This document shows positions 41,835 through 51,925 of a DNA stretch of 64,000 bases, one piece after another; position 1 is the first letter of the stretch; the number at the start of each line of letters is the position of its first letter. The position numbers were made by a program, and so were the translations under genes. The notes under the pieces were generated by a model. The model did not search any database, was not told the origin of the DNA, and saw nothing but the letters and a program-made list of their open reading frames with translations. Source of the stretch: Promethearchaeota archaeon (GTDB lineage Archaea > Asgardarchaeota > Lokiarchaeia > Sigyniarchaeales > SOKP01); NCBI GenBank assembly GCA_048939995.1, contig JBHLOY010000001.1:160001-224000 (forward strand), written 5' to 3'.

Positions 41835-42692
41835 CTATATATTCAACCAACTAAATAAATTGACGCATATTTCAATTAATTCGTCTGTCTTAAATTTAAA
41901 AAGCTTTAAATTTGAAATGTTATGATCCTTCAAAAAAATTAATAAATCTATTCTCGTAATAGGACCTTCTGTTTTATTCTTTAAAAATAATTCCAATGCG
42001 TTAATCATATTTTTATTTTTATACGGTATAATTCCAGCAACAAAATTCAAAAAAAAGGTTTTATTTTTTTTTTCTAATAGAAAAGGATGTATATTTTCCT
42101 TCTTTTTTACTTTAATGAGTGAAAGTTCGATTCTAGGTGAAGGATAAAAACTTTTTGAAGAGATTTTTAATTTTTTGACAGGATTCATAAAAGCATTAAA
42201 TGATACGGATATTCTTGAGAATTTTTTGTAATCTTCTGGATTAAAAATCCTATCGGCTATGCTTTTCTCTATTATTAAAGTTCCTTCAGGAGGGTGCTCA
42301 TTGTAAAAGACCTTTTCAAATAAAGGGCCAGTTATGGTATATGGGATATTTGACACAATTTTATTGTGATTTGGGAGTTCTGACTTTAAAATATCACCAT
42401 GAATGAATTCGATATTACTTATAGATGATACTTTTTTAGATATATATTGAAATAGTTTATAATCAATCTCATAGGAATATACTTTTTTAACCCTTAAACT
42501 TAATTCAGTTGTTAGTGCTCCTAAACCTGTTCCAACTTCAAGAATAATATCATCTTTATTAAGATTGGCAGTAGTTATTATCTTATTTACCACTCGAGGG
42601 TCAATTAAAAAGTTTTGACCTAATGATTTCTTTGGTTTTAAATTTATTTCTAATAAAGTTTCTTGAGCTTGCTGTTTATTCATGTTTTTCAT
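41835..42692 (-). CDS. rsmA: 16S rRNA dimethyladenosine transferase KsgA/Dim1
   Basis: KKSLGQNFLID, LEVGTGLG, VSNIPYTI, FYPSP. Confidence 0.96.
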   Translation of the reverse strand: MKNMNKQQAQETLLEINLKPKKSLGQNFLIDPRVVNKIITTANLNKDDIILEVGTGLGALTTELSLRVKKVYSYEIDYKLFQYISKKVSSISNIEFIHGDILKSELPNHNKIVSNIPYTITGPLFEKVFYNEHPPEGTLIIEKSIADRIFNPEDYKKFSRISVSFNAFMNPVKKLKISSKSFYPSPRIELSLIKVKKKENIHPFLLEKKNKTFFLNFVAGIIPYKNKNMINALELFLKNKTEGPITRIDLLIFLKDHNISNLKLFKFKTDELIEICVNLFSWLNI

Positions 42693-43348
42693 TCATACTT
42701 CTGAGTCTTCGAAAATAAGTAATATTTTACGCCTTCCCGTTGGAGTTCCTTAATTATTCTTTGTGCAATTAATTTAGCTGGATTTGAAATACTGGTACGA
42801 TCAGCTATATCTTGGAAGGTGACAAAATTTTGACGTCCTCTTTCTTCAAGAATTTCCCACATATGTTTTTGCCCAATACCAGGTAATAACTTTAATGCAT
42901 GCATTCTGGGTGTGATTGATGTAGAACTATTAAAAAAAGCAATAAATTCCTCCTCATAATTCAAGACTTCTTTTTCAAGAATTGGTTGAATTAGTGCTTT
43001 TGAAGTATTTGTTAGATCATCATAATCTATTTTTTTAATTACGTCTCTTAATTTGTTTTGCCTTATGAACTCTTCATAAGTATTTTTCTCTTGGACTCTA
43101 ATATCAGAATCTCGATTAATTTTTACTTCATAAAGGACAAAATCTGGAAAAGTAAGTACTTGAGCAAGCGGTATTTTAGACCAACTTGGCTTATCTTCCT
43201 CTGGATGTCCATGTAATAATATATCAAGAATTACCACTTCTCGGAATTTCTTTATGAACTGCTTCTTTTCTTTCGGACCTTTTCGTGGATAGGGTGGTCT
43301 GCGTGAAGTCCTTCTGTATCGATCTAAACGCCTTTCCATTTTCACCAA
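42689..43348 (-). CDS. DUF655 putative RNA-binding protein
   Basis: YDDLT, FFN..SITPRMHALKLLPGIG; canonical position between rpo4 and ksgA. Confidence 0.92.
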   Translation of the reverse strand: MVKMERRLDRYRRTSRRPPYPRKGPKEKKQFIKKFREVVILDILLHGHPEEDKPSWSKIPLAQVLTFPDFVLYEVKINRDSDIRVQEKNTYEEFIRQNKLRDVIKKIDYDDLTNTSKALIQPILEKEVLNYEEEFIAFFNSSTSITPRMHALKLLPGIGQKHMWEILEERGRQNFVTFQDIADRTSISNPAKLIAQRIIKELQREGVKYYLFSKTQKYE

Positions 43349-43506
43349 CCTTTATCTTTTTTACTTTTCCGATATACATGTTGAATTTTTTTTTTGAATT
43401 TCTCTTTTTTGAGAAGTAGTACTCATTAAAATTTAAAACAATAAGAATTTATAAATTCTTCGTTATTTAAAGTGGATTTTATAAATTTTTCATTAATATA
43501 TTTGAA

Positions 43507-43881
43507 TTATGATGTTTTTAACTCCTCGATTTGATAAATTAAATCTTCTAACTGCTTATCACTGAATGTTTTCCCTATAAAACTTTTTTCTAATATACTC
43601 CTTAATTCAGGAACAGTTTTGGGATCAACATTCACAATATTTACTGCATATATGTCCTCAATCTCAAATTTTTCCATTAAGAACTTTTGAATTTTTTTAG
43701 CATCTTTTTCACTCATCCTAGCAAATCGATTTACGTAATTATAAGTTATTTCTTGGAAATGGGATAGTCCTTCCTCAGGATCAATTTCTTCGATCTTTTT
43801 TTTAACTTCTTCCATTATTTTTTTTACTTCTGGAATCGATAATGTTTTTTCGTCAACTCTCCTACCAGATATAATAACCAC
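43507..43881 (-). CDS. rpo4: RNA polymerase subunit Rpo4 (RpoF)
   Basis: SIPEVK, YVNRFA, NIVNVDPKTVPELRSIL; follows L21e. Confidence 0.9.
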   Translation of the reverse strand: MVIISGRRVDEKTLSIPEVKKIMEEVKKKIEEIDPEEGLSHFQEITYNYVNRFARMSEKDAKKIQKFLMEKFEIEDIYAVNIVNVDPKTVPELRSILEKSFIGKTFSDKQLEDLIYQIEELKTS

Positions 43882-43890
43882 CTTTAAGTT

Positions 43891-44202
43891 TTAGGTTTGT
43901 TTTATTGATACGTTGTTTAATCTTAAATGCTCTCTACCAATGATTAATAATTTTTTGGAATTACCTAATCTCACTTGAACCTCATAACAACGCCCTCTCT
44001 GATTCAAAATAGTTCCAGTTAATCCATGATACCTCCTATGAGGCATACCACGTTTATGTTTGGAAGGATCTGTGATTATATCAACTCTATCTCCAATCCG
44101 ATAATCAATTAAATAAATTTCAGTAGATCCTAAACCTTTCTCTCTAACTCTCTTCCTATGCCTTTTACGCGTTTTGTTCCTGAAACCTTTATGGATCGTC
44201 AC
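43891..44202 (-). CDS. rpl21e: 50S ribosomal protein L21e
   Basis: KGFRNKTR, GDRVDI, GMPHRRYHGLTG, REHL. Confidence 0.97.
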   Translation of the reverse strand: MTIHKGFRNKTRKRHRKRVREKGLGSTEIYLIDYRIGDRVDIITDPSKHKRGMPHRRYHGLTGTILNQRGRCYEVQVRLGNSKKLLIIGREHLRLNNVSIKQT

Positions 44203-44321
44203 TTTATGTCAACCTTATTATAAAACAAAGATAGGTTGATTTATTATTCATAATTTATTTATTTTTCTAATATCTATATGTAATTTTAGAAACTTCTTTT
44301 CATGTTTTAACAATCTTGAGA

Positions 44322-45680
44322 TTAAAATATTTTTAAAACGTCTAATTCTTTACAAATAAGAGGAAATTCAAAAATTTCGGTGAATGAGGGCTGAGTACGC
44401 CCTCCATCTCCACTAATTAGTTCTTTAATATAAGTACCTCCCTGAGTCTCAATCAAAAATTCGAAAATAGAAGGTTTAAGATATTTTCCTACAATACTAT
44501 ATACTTTTTTCTTTCGGATTTTATCTGCTCTTCTATGAGAAACCCTTGAGGGTGTTTTTTGATCGATTATTTTATTTTCTAACGATTTTTTTAATTTTTC
44601 TAGCAAAATATTAAATTGTTCTTTTGAGAGGTTTTTTTCACTTTCGATCAATGCTCTATATAATTTTCTTGCTTTTTCTGAGTTCAATTTTACTTCTTTA
44701 ACTTCATTTTTACTGCTATATCTTAAATTAGAAACTTTTACCTTTTTTTTGTTTTTTTTGTTCACAAATTTTTGTATTTTTTCCAAGTTAAGCATTCTTA
44801 CTTTAGGATTTTTCAATTCAAGAATGAATGGCCTTCCTTCACCTAGCATTTTGGCATCAATGTCCTCCCTACCAGCACCATGAAATTTTGAAGTTGTTGA
44901 TTTAGCTTTTTTAATAAACTCTGGACTTACTAGTTCTTCAACACTTATCTTATACTGTTTTCCGGAATAATCACATAGTTCACATCCTTTACCTCTACAA
45001 TTCCGACAATTCCAATGAGTTTGCGGAATATCTCTTAGAAATTTATTGTATTTTCCATAGATAAAAAGAGACTTAACTAGAAAGTTTACATTAAAATTGG
45101 TGATTTGTAATGAGTATATAATAGTAATATCGGGATTGGCAAATTCAGGTGGTTTATTTATGGCAGTCATTAAACTTTTTCCAACTTCTCTATTGAAATG
45201 ACTTTTAAAAGATTCAGCTTCAAGTAAATTAAATTTAGCTTTGAATATATCTTCTCGATTTATTATTTGAGAGTCTAGATCAGTCCCAACTAAGAAATTA
45301 TTGAACTCATAATCTTTGAGGTTGCTTACAGCTTCATCTACATAAGGTTGTAAATTAGAAAATATGCCATTACACAAATAACAAGAGGAATCATCATTAT
45401 GGCCATATACTAGTCCCTCGTTGTTCAATACACTCTGAGCTGGACGAAAATGAGCATTTTCAGCTAATATTTTTAAGTTTCTAGCAAAATTTTCACGATT
45501 TTCATTTCTATTAATGAAATTTCTGTGATTTTCCATGGTCAGTGATAATAATAAAGAATATCCTCTTTCTTGATTGGTAGTACTACTCCCTAATAGCGAG
45601 AACATCCTACCTAAACAATGAGTACAAATATAATATTCATTATATATTTCTAAAACTTTTCCAAAAATGCTCATATTCAA
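44322..45680 (-). CDS. pus10: tRNA pseudouridine(54/55) synthase Pus10
   Basis: CTHCLGR, FNREVGK, FHGAGREDIDA, GGTYIKELISGDGGRT. Confidence 0.96.
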   Translation of the reverse strand: MNMSIFGKVLEIYNEYYICTHCLGRMFSLLGSSTTNQERGYSLLLSLTMENHRNFINRNENRENFARNLKILAENAHFRPAQSVLNNEGLVYGHNDDSSCYLCNGIFSNLQPYVDEAVSNLKDYEFNNFLVGTDLDSQIINREDIFKAKFNLLEAESFKSHFNREVGKSLMTAINKPPEFANPDITIIYSLQITNFNVNFLVKSLFIYGKYNKFLRDIPQTHWNCRNCRGKGCELCDYSGKQYKISVEELVSPEFIKKAKSTTSKFHGAGREDIDAKMLGEGRPFILELKNPKVRMLNLEKIQKFVNKKNKKKVKVSNLRYSSKNEVKEVKLNSEKARKLYRALIESEKNLSKEQFNILLEKLKKSLENKIIDQKTPSRVSHRRADKIRKKKVYSIVGKYLKPSIFEFLIETQGGTYIKELISGDGGRTQPSFTEIFEFPLICKELDVLKIF

Positions 45681-45829
45681 TAAATATAATTAGAAATCAC
45701 TTTTGTTTTTATTGATTTTAGTTGTTAAACGTATTTCTCATTAAAAAAATTTTAAAATTAGAATTTCTTTTTTTAATTAATTTTCATATTCAAGTTGTTT
45801 TTATTGTTTGCATTATTGGAGTCTTTTTT

Positions 45830-46066
45830 ATGACACAAAAAAAAACCGGCTTCGTAAAATGGTTTGATTATCAAAAAGGTTATGGTTTTATAACTACTGA
45901 TGATCAAGAGGACGTTTTTGTTCATTTTTCAAACATTAATATGGAAGGATTTAAGAAACTCGACATTGGAGATCAGGTTGAATTTGATTTAGAAGAATCT
46001 AAAGACGGAAAGGGCCCTGAAGCCTTAAATGTTAAAATCTTACTAAAAGATAGGAGATATTTTTAG
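45830..46066 (+). CDS. Cold-shock domain protein (ATG 45830)
   Basis: GFVKWFD..KGYGFI, DVFVHFS, GPEALNV; GGAG SD. Confidence 0.95.
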   Translation: MTQKKTGFVKWFDYQKGYGFITTDDQEDVFVHFSNINMEGFKKLDIGDQVEFDLEESKDGKGPEALNVKILLKDRRYF

Positions 46067-46108
46067 ATAAATATTAAAAAAAAAGAATTAGAATTATTTT
46101 TAGTTTCC

Positions 46109-47464
46109 TTACCTTGACTCCCATTCAAAATCAATAGTCACATATTTATCAGTAAAAAGGTATGAAATTAATAAAATTATTGAACATATTGGCCCAAAAA
46201 TAATTAGTCCACCTGTAAAAGCTGGACCTCCTCCAATTGAAACTAAAGGTAACCCGAAAATTATACCATTTAAAAATACGCCTACAGCTTGAAAAATGTT
46301 AAGAATTATGGAAGGAAATCCTGCATAGATACCAGCTTTCAAATCACCTGTCGATTTTTCGTCATCTTCTGCAACATCAGCATATACGATGTATGGAAAT
46401 AAATACCATCCTCCAAGTACTACTCCAATTCCTACTATAAAAATTATCCCTAAAATTAAATAATCCCCCATAGGGATTAATACCAATGTTGTTATCGGTA
46501 GAAAAAAGGCTGCTAATAACAGTACGTAGATAAGTACCTTCTTTTTACCGCGTTTCTCGATCAATTTCCTCCATATATATAAAAAAATAAAGATACTCAA
46601 AAGTAGACCAGCTGCAATAATATAATAATCAGTCCCACCTAAATCTAACGCATCTTCGGTATATTTTAACATTCCAGTTGAAATCATTGTCCATCCAAAT
46701 CCTGAAATACCAACCATTAAGACAATTAGCATAAAATTTCTATTTTTTACAGTTGTTTTAAGGCTTCCAATCAGATTTGTTTTTAATTCATAACGGGGCT
46801 CTGATGGCATCAAGAAACTCAACAAGTAAAATAGAAGAATTACTAATATACCAAAGATTATTACAGGTAGCGAGTAAAAAATCGGAGTTTGCGCATTAAT
46901 ATTTACTGCAACTAAGTCTTTATAAGTAGTTAAAATTAGCAATGTGAAAATTGACATTATACCGTTCCCAATAAAATTAAAAGTATTTTGATACTGTGAA
47001 ACTTTGGGTCTATCACCAACCTTAAATAGTTCAGCCATCCAAGCCTGGTAAGGTGTAGTCATAGCATAACTAGCCCTAAAAACAATATCCCATATCAGCA
47101 ACCAATAAAATAATAGTTGTTTGTCTCCCAAATCTGGTAGTATTAATCCTGGTAATAGTAGGAAAATTATTGATAATCCCAATAAGGGGGAGAACACTAA
47201 AATATAGGGTTTTCTTCTTCCTAATTTAGTATACTTTATATCACTTAACCATCCAAATAAAAATTGAGCTCCGGCTATAGTTAAATAACCCATTGCTAAA
47301 GCGAATCCAACTAATATTGATTCTAATCCAAAACCAGATGTATATAAGGTTAATAACGCAAATCCTTCGATTCCGAGGACAATTGAGGTACTTAATCTAG
47401 GTAAAGCATATAATAATTTTTTACCAGTGCTTGTCTCTTCTCTTAAAGCTACTGATTCATTCAA
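46109..47464 (-). CDS. MFS transporter, GPH family
   Basis: GWLSD..TKLGRRKPY, PYQAWMAEL, ADVAEDDE...AGIY. Confidence 0.92.
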   Translation of the reverse strand: MNESVALREETSTGKKLLYALPRLSTSIVLGIEGFALLTLYTSGFGLESILVGFALAMGYLTIAGAQFLFGWLSDIKYTKLGRRKPYILVFSPLLGLSIIFLLLPGLILPDLGDKQLLFYWLLIWDIVFRASYAMTTPYQAWMAELFKVGDRPKVSQYQNTFNFIGNGIMSIFTLLILTTYKDLVAVNINAQTPIFYSLPVIIFGILVILLFYLLSFLMPSEPRYELKTNLIGSLKTTVKNRNFMLIVLMVGISGFGWTMISTGMLKYTEDALDLGGTDYYIIAAGLLLSIFIFLYIWRKLIEKRGKKKVLIYVLLLAAFFLPITTLVLIPMGDYLILGIIFIVGIGVVLGGWYLFPYIVYADVAEDDEKSTGDLKAGIYAGFPSIILNIFQAVGVFLNGIIFGLPLVSIGGGPAFTGGLIIFGPICSIILLISYLFTDKYVTIDFEWESR

Positions 47465-47581
47465 ATTTAATTCACTTCATTTTTTTAAAAGAAGTTAATT
47501 AATATTTTAGAGAGATCTCTATTTAAAGCTTATTAATATTGATTAATTGATTTCTTTAAGCTTAAAAAAGTACTTCGTGTT

Positions 47582-48544
47582 TTAATCCTCTTCCTCATCC
47601 CATCCTAAATCCTTAAGAACCGATTCAAAAGTCTCTGATTCTTTATCCAAAACAAATTCGGTATCATATTCAGAAGCGGTTTCAATAATTTGAGATTCTA
47701 AGGATGGAGGCGATAAATCGTCAAGAGAAGGTAATTCTTCTGAGATTGGCTGTTCTTGAACGATTTTTGGTACTTCAACTGTTGTATCCTCCTCAATTTC
47801 CATAGGAGTATAATCTTCAAGCGGAACTGGTGGAATCTCATCCTCGTATACTTTAAATTGTGTTCCATTTTCTTCTGAAACTTCCATAACTTCTGGGACT
47901 GTTTCTGTTGGATGCTCCAGTATTCTTTCATATTCCAATCCGAGTGATTTCGGAATTGAAACGATATTCTTTTCTGAAGCTTTTTCAAATTCTTCAGCTT
48001 GTACTCCCTCTTTCTCCCAATTATCTAAGAATCCCAGTAGATCATCTAATGCTGCTTTATCTTCTTCTACTGAAGGAATTTTTATTTCTGAAATCTCTTC
48101 TTCTTTTAATAACTTCTTCCGTTCGGATTCTTCCAACGAAAGCGTCATTTCAGTTATTTCATCCCCAGAAATCAAGCGGTTTAATTTTTTTGCTAATTCA
48201 CGTAAATATCCCAAATAATATCCAATCCGAAAAACATTCTTTAACCCCCCAAATACAATATATTCATCATTTATTGCTAACAGGATGCTATAACCTGAGG
48301 TATTATGAAGAATAATCTCTGTTAAAGCTCCATGAGCGGTAGCTTCGCTTAATCTTAGGCCTAAATCAATCAATGCGGTACTTGAGGCAGAAGTAGCATC
48401 CGCATCTAACTCTGATGACATTGCAGAAGCAACTTTCATTCCAACTCGTGATAATACAGCTAAATTTTCTAAATCTGTTCTATCTTCTTCAACTTTAAGA
48501 ATCGTCATCATTTTTTCTCTAATATCGGGAAGAAGGGTGGACAT
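47582..48544 (-). CDS. Roadblock/LC7-domain protein with long acidic tail
   Basis: AVLSRVGMKVASAM, SASSTALI..G, GALTEIIL..GYSILL; about 190-aa E/D/P-rich C-terminus. Confidence 0.8.
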   Translation of the reverse strand: MSTLLPDIREKMMTILKVEEDRTDLENLAVLSRVGMKVASAMSSELDADATSASSTALIDLGLRLSEATAHGALTEIILHNTSGYSILLAINDEYIVFGGLKNVFRIGYYLGYLRELAKKLNRLISGDEITEMTLSLEESERKKLLKEEEISEIKIPSVEEDKAALDDLLGFLDNWEKEGVQAEEFEKASEKNIVSIPKSLGLEYERILEHPTETVPEVMEVSEENGTQFKVYEDEIPPVPLEDYTPMEIEEDTTVEVPKIVQEQPISEELPSLDDLSPPSLESQIIETASEYDTEFVLDKESETFESVLKDLGWDEEED

Positions 48545-48647
48545 TTTATAATAAAAACTCAGTAAATTTGATTTTATTTAAACTCAATAATGATTACTTA
48601 TTCTTAAATATACAAATAAAATTTATCCTAATATATTTTTTTATGAT

Positions 48648-49367
48648 TCAAACTAAAAAATCACTTAGAGTTTTTTGAGTAATAGGAATTTTATCTAATT
48701 TTTTGAAAGCATAACCTGATATTTGCGTAATAATATATTTCACTTCCTTGACTACGTCATCTTCTGATAGATCATTTGTATCAATAATAAAGAGCTTATG
48801 TGAATGATTTTTGGATAATAACATTTGGTCGTAAGTAGAGAGAATTTTAATTAAATAATCTTTTTCAAATTCATTCCATTGCTTTCTAATTTTTTCAAGG
48901 GAACCTCTTTGTATTATTCTTCTAAGAATAGTTTCTGGAAGGGCAGTTAAGTAAATTATATAGTCTTCACGCCATTTTACAGATTTATACATATCAGATA
49001 TAAGGCTATAGTCATCTTCTTTAAGACCTAGAGTTTTTGAATAAATTAAAACGCATATAGGGGTTCTATCAAGGATAATGATTCTACCATTGTATTTCTT
49101 ATCAAAATTTAGAACATTTTGATTTCTCTTGATAAATTGTTGCAGAAAATGCATTTCACTCCGAAAAGCAATTTGCTTATCGGATGATCCAAAGGGGAAC
49201 GGAGGAATCTTTTTATATCTTTCAGGGAAGAATTTAAATTTATGATTATTTTCTAGATTTTTCTTTAATATATTATAGATTGTAGTTTTTCCTACTCCAT
49301 GTGCACCAGCTATTGAAATCACAATATTTTGTTTAGTACCCTTGTTCCTATATGCAATCTTACCCAA
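48648..49367 (-). CDS. Deoxynucleoside/thymidylate-kinase-like P-loop protein
   Basis: ISIAGAHGVGKTT, ILDRT, IIYLTA..ETILRRI..RG. Confidence 0.8.
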   Translation of the reverse strand: MGKIAYRNKGTKQNIVISIAGAHGVGKTTIYNILKKNLENNHKFKFFPERYKKIPPFPFGSSDKQIAFRSEMHFLQQFIKRNQNVLNFDKKYNGRIIILDRTPICVLIYSKTLGLKEDDYSLISDMYKSVKWREDYIIYLTALPETILRRIIQRGSLEKIRKQWNEFEKDYLIKILSTYDQMLLSKNHSHKLFIIDTNDLSEDDVVKEVKYIITQISGYAFKKLDKIPITQKTLSDFLV

Positions 49368-49491
49368 TTTTCTTTTCTCCGAGAAATTTCAATTTTACCG
49401 TATAAGAATGAATTAAAAGTGCTAATAATGCCACTAGAGTTATTTGATTTTTCTTATTATTAAATTTATATATTAAGGTAAAAATCGCTTT

Positions 49492-50601
49492 CTAAAAAAA
49501 ACCAATAAGGGTAATAAGTAATATGTTATAGAATATCCCCGATAGAATCGTTGTATAAATATTATTGCTCAGTTCGTAAACAACTCCTAATAAGATTGAC
49601 TTTAGAAAATATAGAAGGAAAAAGAAGATACTTAAGGGAAGACCAAATACTAAATATAGCCCAGCGTAAACTAAAGCGACAAGAATAATGATAGTGCTTC
49701 TACCTGTAAAATTATTTTCAAAATGACTTCTTAGTGTATTATGTAGAACTCCTCTGAAAATGATTTCAGTTGAGAAGGTAACAATACTAAGAAAAACAAA
49801 TAGAATAATAATCCATAATAATCCAGCATCTCTAATAGTCTGGTTTTCAGCAGCAAGATAACCGGGGAGATCATTTATTCCAAATGTAATCCCAGAATTA
49901 TAAATAAAATCAATAAATAAATTTGATAAGTAATTTATTTCGAATAAAATTATGGTAGTAATTAGTGCCAGAACAATAGCTATGATTAACATCTTTTTTC
50001 CAGAATAAAATCCTAATTTCTTTAAACTATGTTTTTTAGAATATATATACCATAAAGGATAGACCGCAAAAACCATTTGAGGAATTTGGCTTAACAAGAT
50101 TAATCCAATATTAATTTCTCCAAGTGTTTCAAATCCTGTTAAAAATACGATGATTATACTGATTACTATATATGTCATTAAAGAATTTCCAAATACTCCA
50201 ATACCTTCCCGTAAATTCCAGACATCTTTACTTAATAGAAGTTTTCGTTCTGGTATTAGTTTCTTATCAGTAAAAACATATCCTGTGCTTTTCTGAGGAC
50301 TAGGAGAGACAGTTACTTGTTGAGATTTAGTCAATTTTTCTAATTTAGTATTACATATGGGACATTGTTCTAAAACTGGCGAACTAATTATAGAACCACA
50401 TCCGGGACATTTTCTTGATATTGCTTCCTTAGTTTTTATTTGAGAATAATTCTCGGTTGAAGTATCTTTAGGCGAGATTTTCTCAGATTTCACTTTAAAA
50501 ACTAATTTACCACATTCTGGACAATAGACCTGATTTTTATCGATATTTGCTCCACAGTGCACACAATATTTTACTTCTGGGCTTTGATTATTATCTGACA
50601 T
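49492..50601 (-). CDS. Double Zn-ribbon + CPBP/CAAX-like membrane domain (catalytic residues degenerate)
   Basis: CVHC/CPEC and CPGC/CPIC; TEIIFRG in place of EExxxR; no conserved His residues. Confidence 0.75.
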   Translation of the reverse strand: MSDNNQSPEVKYCVHCGANIDKNQVYCPECGKLVFKVKSEKISPKDTSTENYSQIKTKEAISRKCPGCGSIISSPVLEQCPICNTKLEKLTKSQQVTVSPSPQKSTGYVFTDKKLIPERKLLLSKDVWNLREGIGVFGNSLMTYIVISIIIVFLTGFETLGEINIGLILLSQIPQMVFAVYPLWYIYSKKHSLKKLGFYSGKKMLIIAIVLALITTIILFEINYLSNLFIDFIYNSGITFGINDLPGYLAAENQTIRDAGLLWIIILFVFLSIVTFSTEIIFRGVLHNTLRSHFENNFTGRSTIIILVALVYAGLYLVFGLPLSIFFFLLYFLKSILLGVVYELSNNIYTTILSGIFYNILLITLIGFF

Positions 50602-50746
50602 TATTTAACAGAATTTAGGATTTTATTTTATAAGACTAAAATGAACAAGCATTAGATAGTGTATCAACTTAGATAAAAATATAAATTAAAAATTATATAG
50701 TTTATGCTTATTTTTACTAATTATCAAATAATTTCAATAATTTAAT

Positions 50747-51898
50747 ATGGATTGCAAAGAGAGAGTTAAAAGGGCTTTCCATTATGAAAGGCCAGATCGT
50801 GTACCAATTTTTTGCATGAATTTGCTAAAATCAGATTTTCTATTTGGGATTTTATTTAATCCAAAGCTTTGGCAGCCTACAGATTACCCCCCTCATGTTC
50901 CTGGCGGCGTAAATTCAATATCTAAGTTATATTATCGTCTTTTTGTATATAATTGGAAAAAAAAATTTAGGAAAGAAGCAAAAAAAGCAAAAAGGTGGTG
51001 GAAAGCTCCACATATAAGTATTGATGAATGGGGTATTTTATGGAAATCCGCTGGAACCAAAAGTAATGATATCACAAAAGGTCATCCTTTCCTAGGACCC
51101 CTTCAAGAGAATTGGGATAATCTAGACCACTTTAAAATCCCTGATGGAGCAAATCTGGATAAGTTTCGTTTAATACGTAATAAATTATGGAAAATCTTAG
51201 CTAGAAATAGATATACAGTAGGAGTATTAGGAGCTAATGGCTTTTTTAATTTGATTTCACAGATTAGAGGTTTTAATAACATTTTGATAGATTTTAAGAG
51301 AAATCCTAAAAAAATAAGTAAATTAATTAAGATTATTACACCATATTACTTGGCTCAGATCGAGCAATTTAAAGAACTATATCCAAATTTGGACTCAATA
51401 TATATTGCTGATGATTTAGGAACGCAAAAGAGCCCTTTTGTTAGTCCAAATATATTTGATTCCTTTTTTAAAGAACCCTATAAAGAGATTGTTAACTTAA
51501 CTCATGATTTAGGAATGGATTTTATATTTCATTCATGTGGTCAAATTTTTGAGTTAATGCCAAGTATTATAGACACAAGAATTAATGCCTTTCAATTTGA
51601 TAGTCCACTAATGGCTGGTGTTGAGAATTTCAGGATATTTGCTGAAGAAAAAAAAGTTTCTTTTTGGCTTTCTTCGAATATACAAAGCACATATATCCTA
51701 GGAACGCCTAATGAGGTAGAAAATGAAATAAAATACTACATTAAACATATAGGAAAAGAATATGGCGGGTTAGCTATTTATGAATACGATGCTAACAAAA
51801 CATTAGGTACTCCAAAAGAAAATATAATAGCTCAAAGACGAGCCACCCAAAAATGGGGCAGATACAATAAAGATGGAATAATTTATTGGCTAAACTAA
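50747..51898 (+). CDS. Uroporphyrinogen decarboxylase / MtaA-CmuA family protein
   Basis: ERPDRVP, DEWG, ADDLGTQ, FHSCG, GTPNEVENE. Confidence 0.85.
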   Translation: MDCKERVKRAFHYERPDRVPIFCMNLLKSDFLFGILFNPKLWQPTDYPPHVPGGVNSISKLYYRLFVYNWKKKFRKEAKKAKRWWKAPHISIDEWGILWKSAGTKSNDITKGHPFLGPLQENWDNLDHFKIPDGANLDKFRLIRNKLWKILARNRYTVGVLGANGFFNLISQIRGFNNILIDFKRNPKKISKLIKIITPYYLAQIEQFKELYPNLDSIYIADDLGTQKSPFVSPNIFDSFFKEPYKEIVNLTHDLGMDFIFHSCGQIFELMPSIIDTRINAFQFDSPLMAGVENFRIFAEEKKVSFWLSSNIQSTYILGTPNEVENEIKYYIKHIGKEYGGLAIYEYDANKTLGTPKENIIAQRRATQKWGRYNKDGIIYWLN

Positions 51899-51925
51899 TT
51901 CATTTCGCTTTCTAGAGATTATAAT

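Noticed and set aside
45722-45829. Hydrophobic N-terminal extension on the cold-shock protein
   Set aside because: Artefact of an upstream TTG; ATG 45830 has a GGAG SD and gives a normal-sized CSP.
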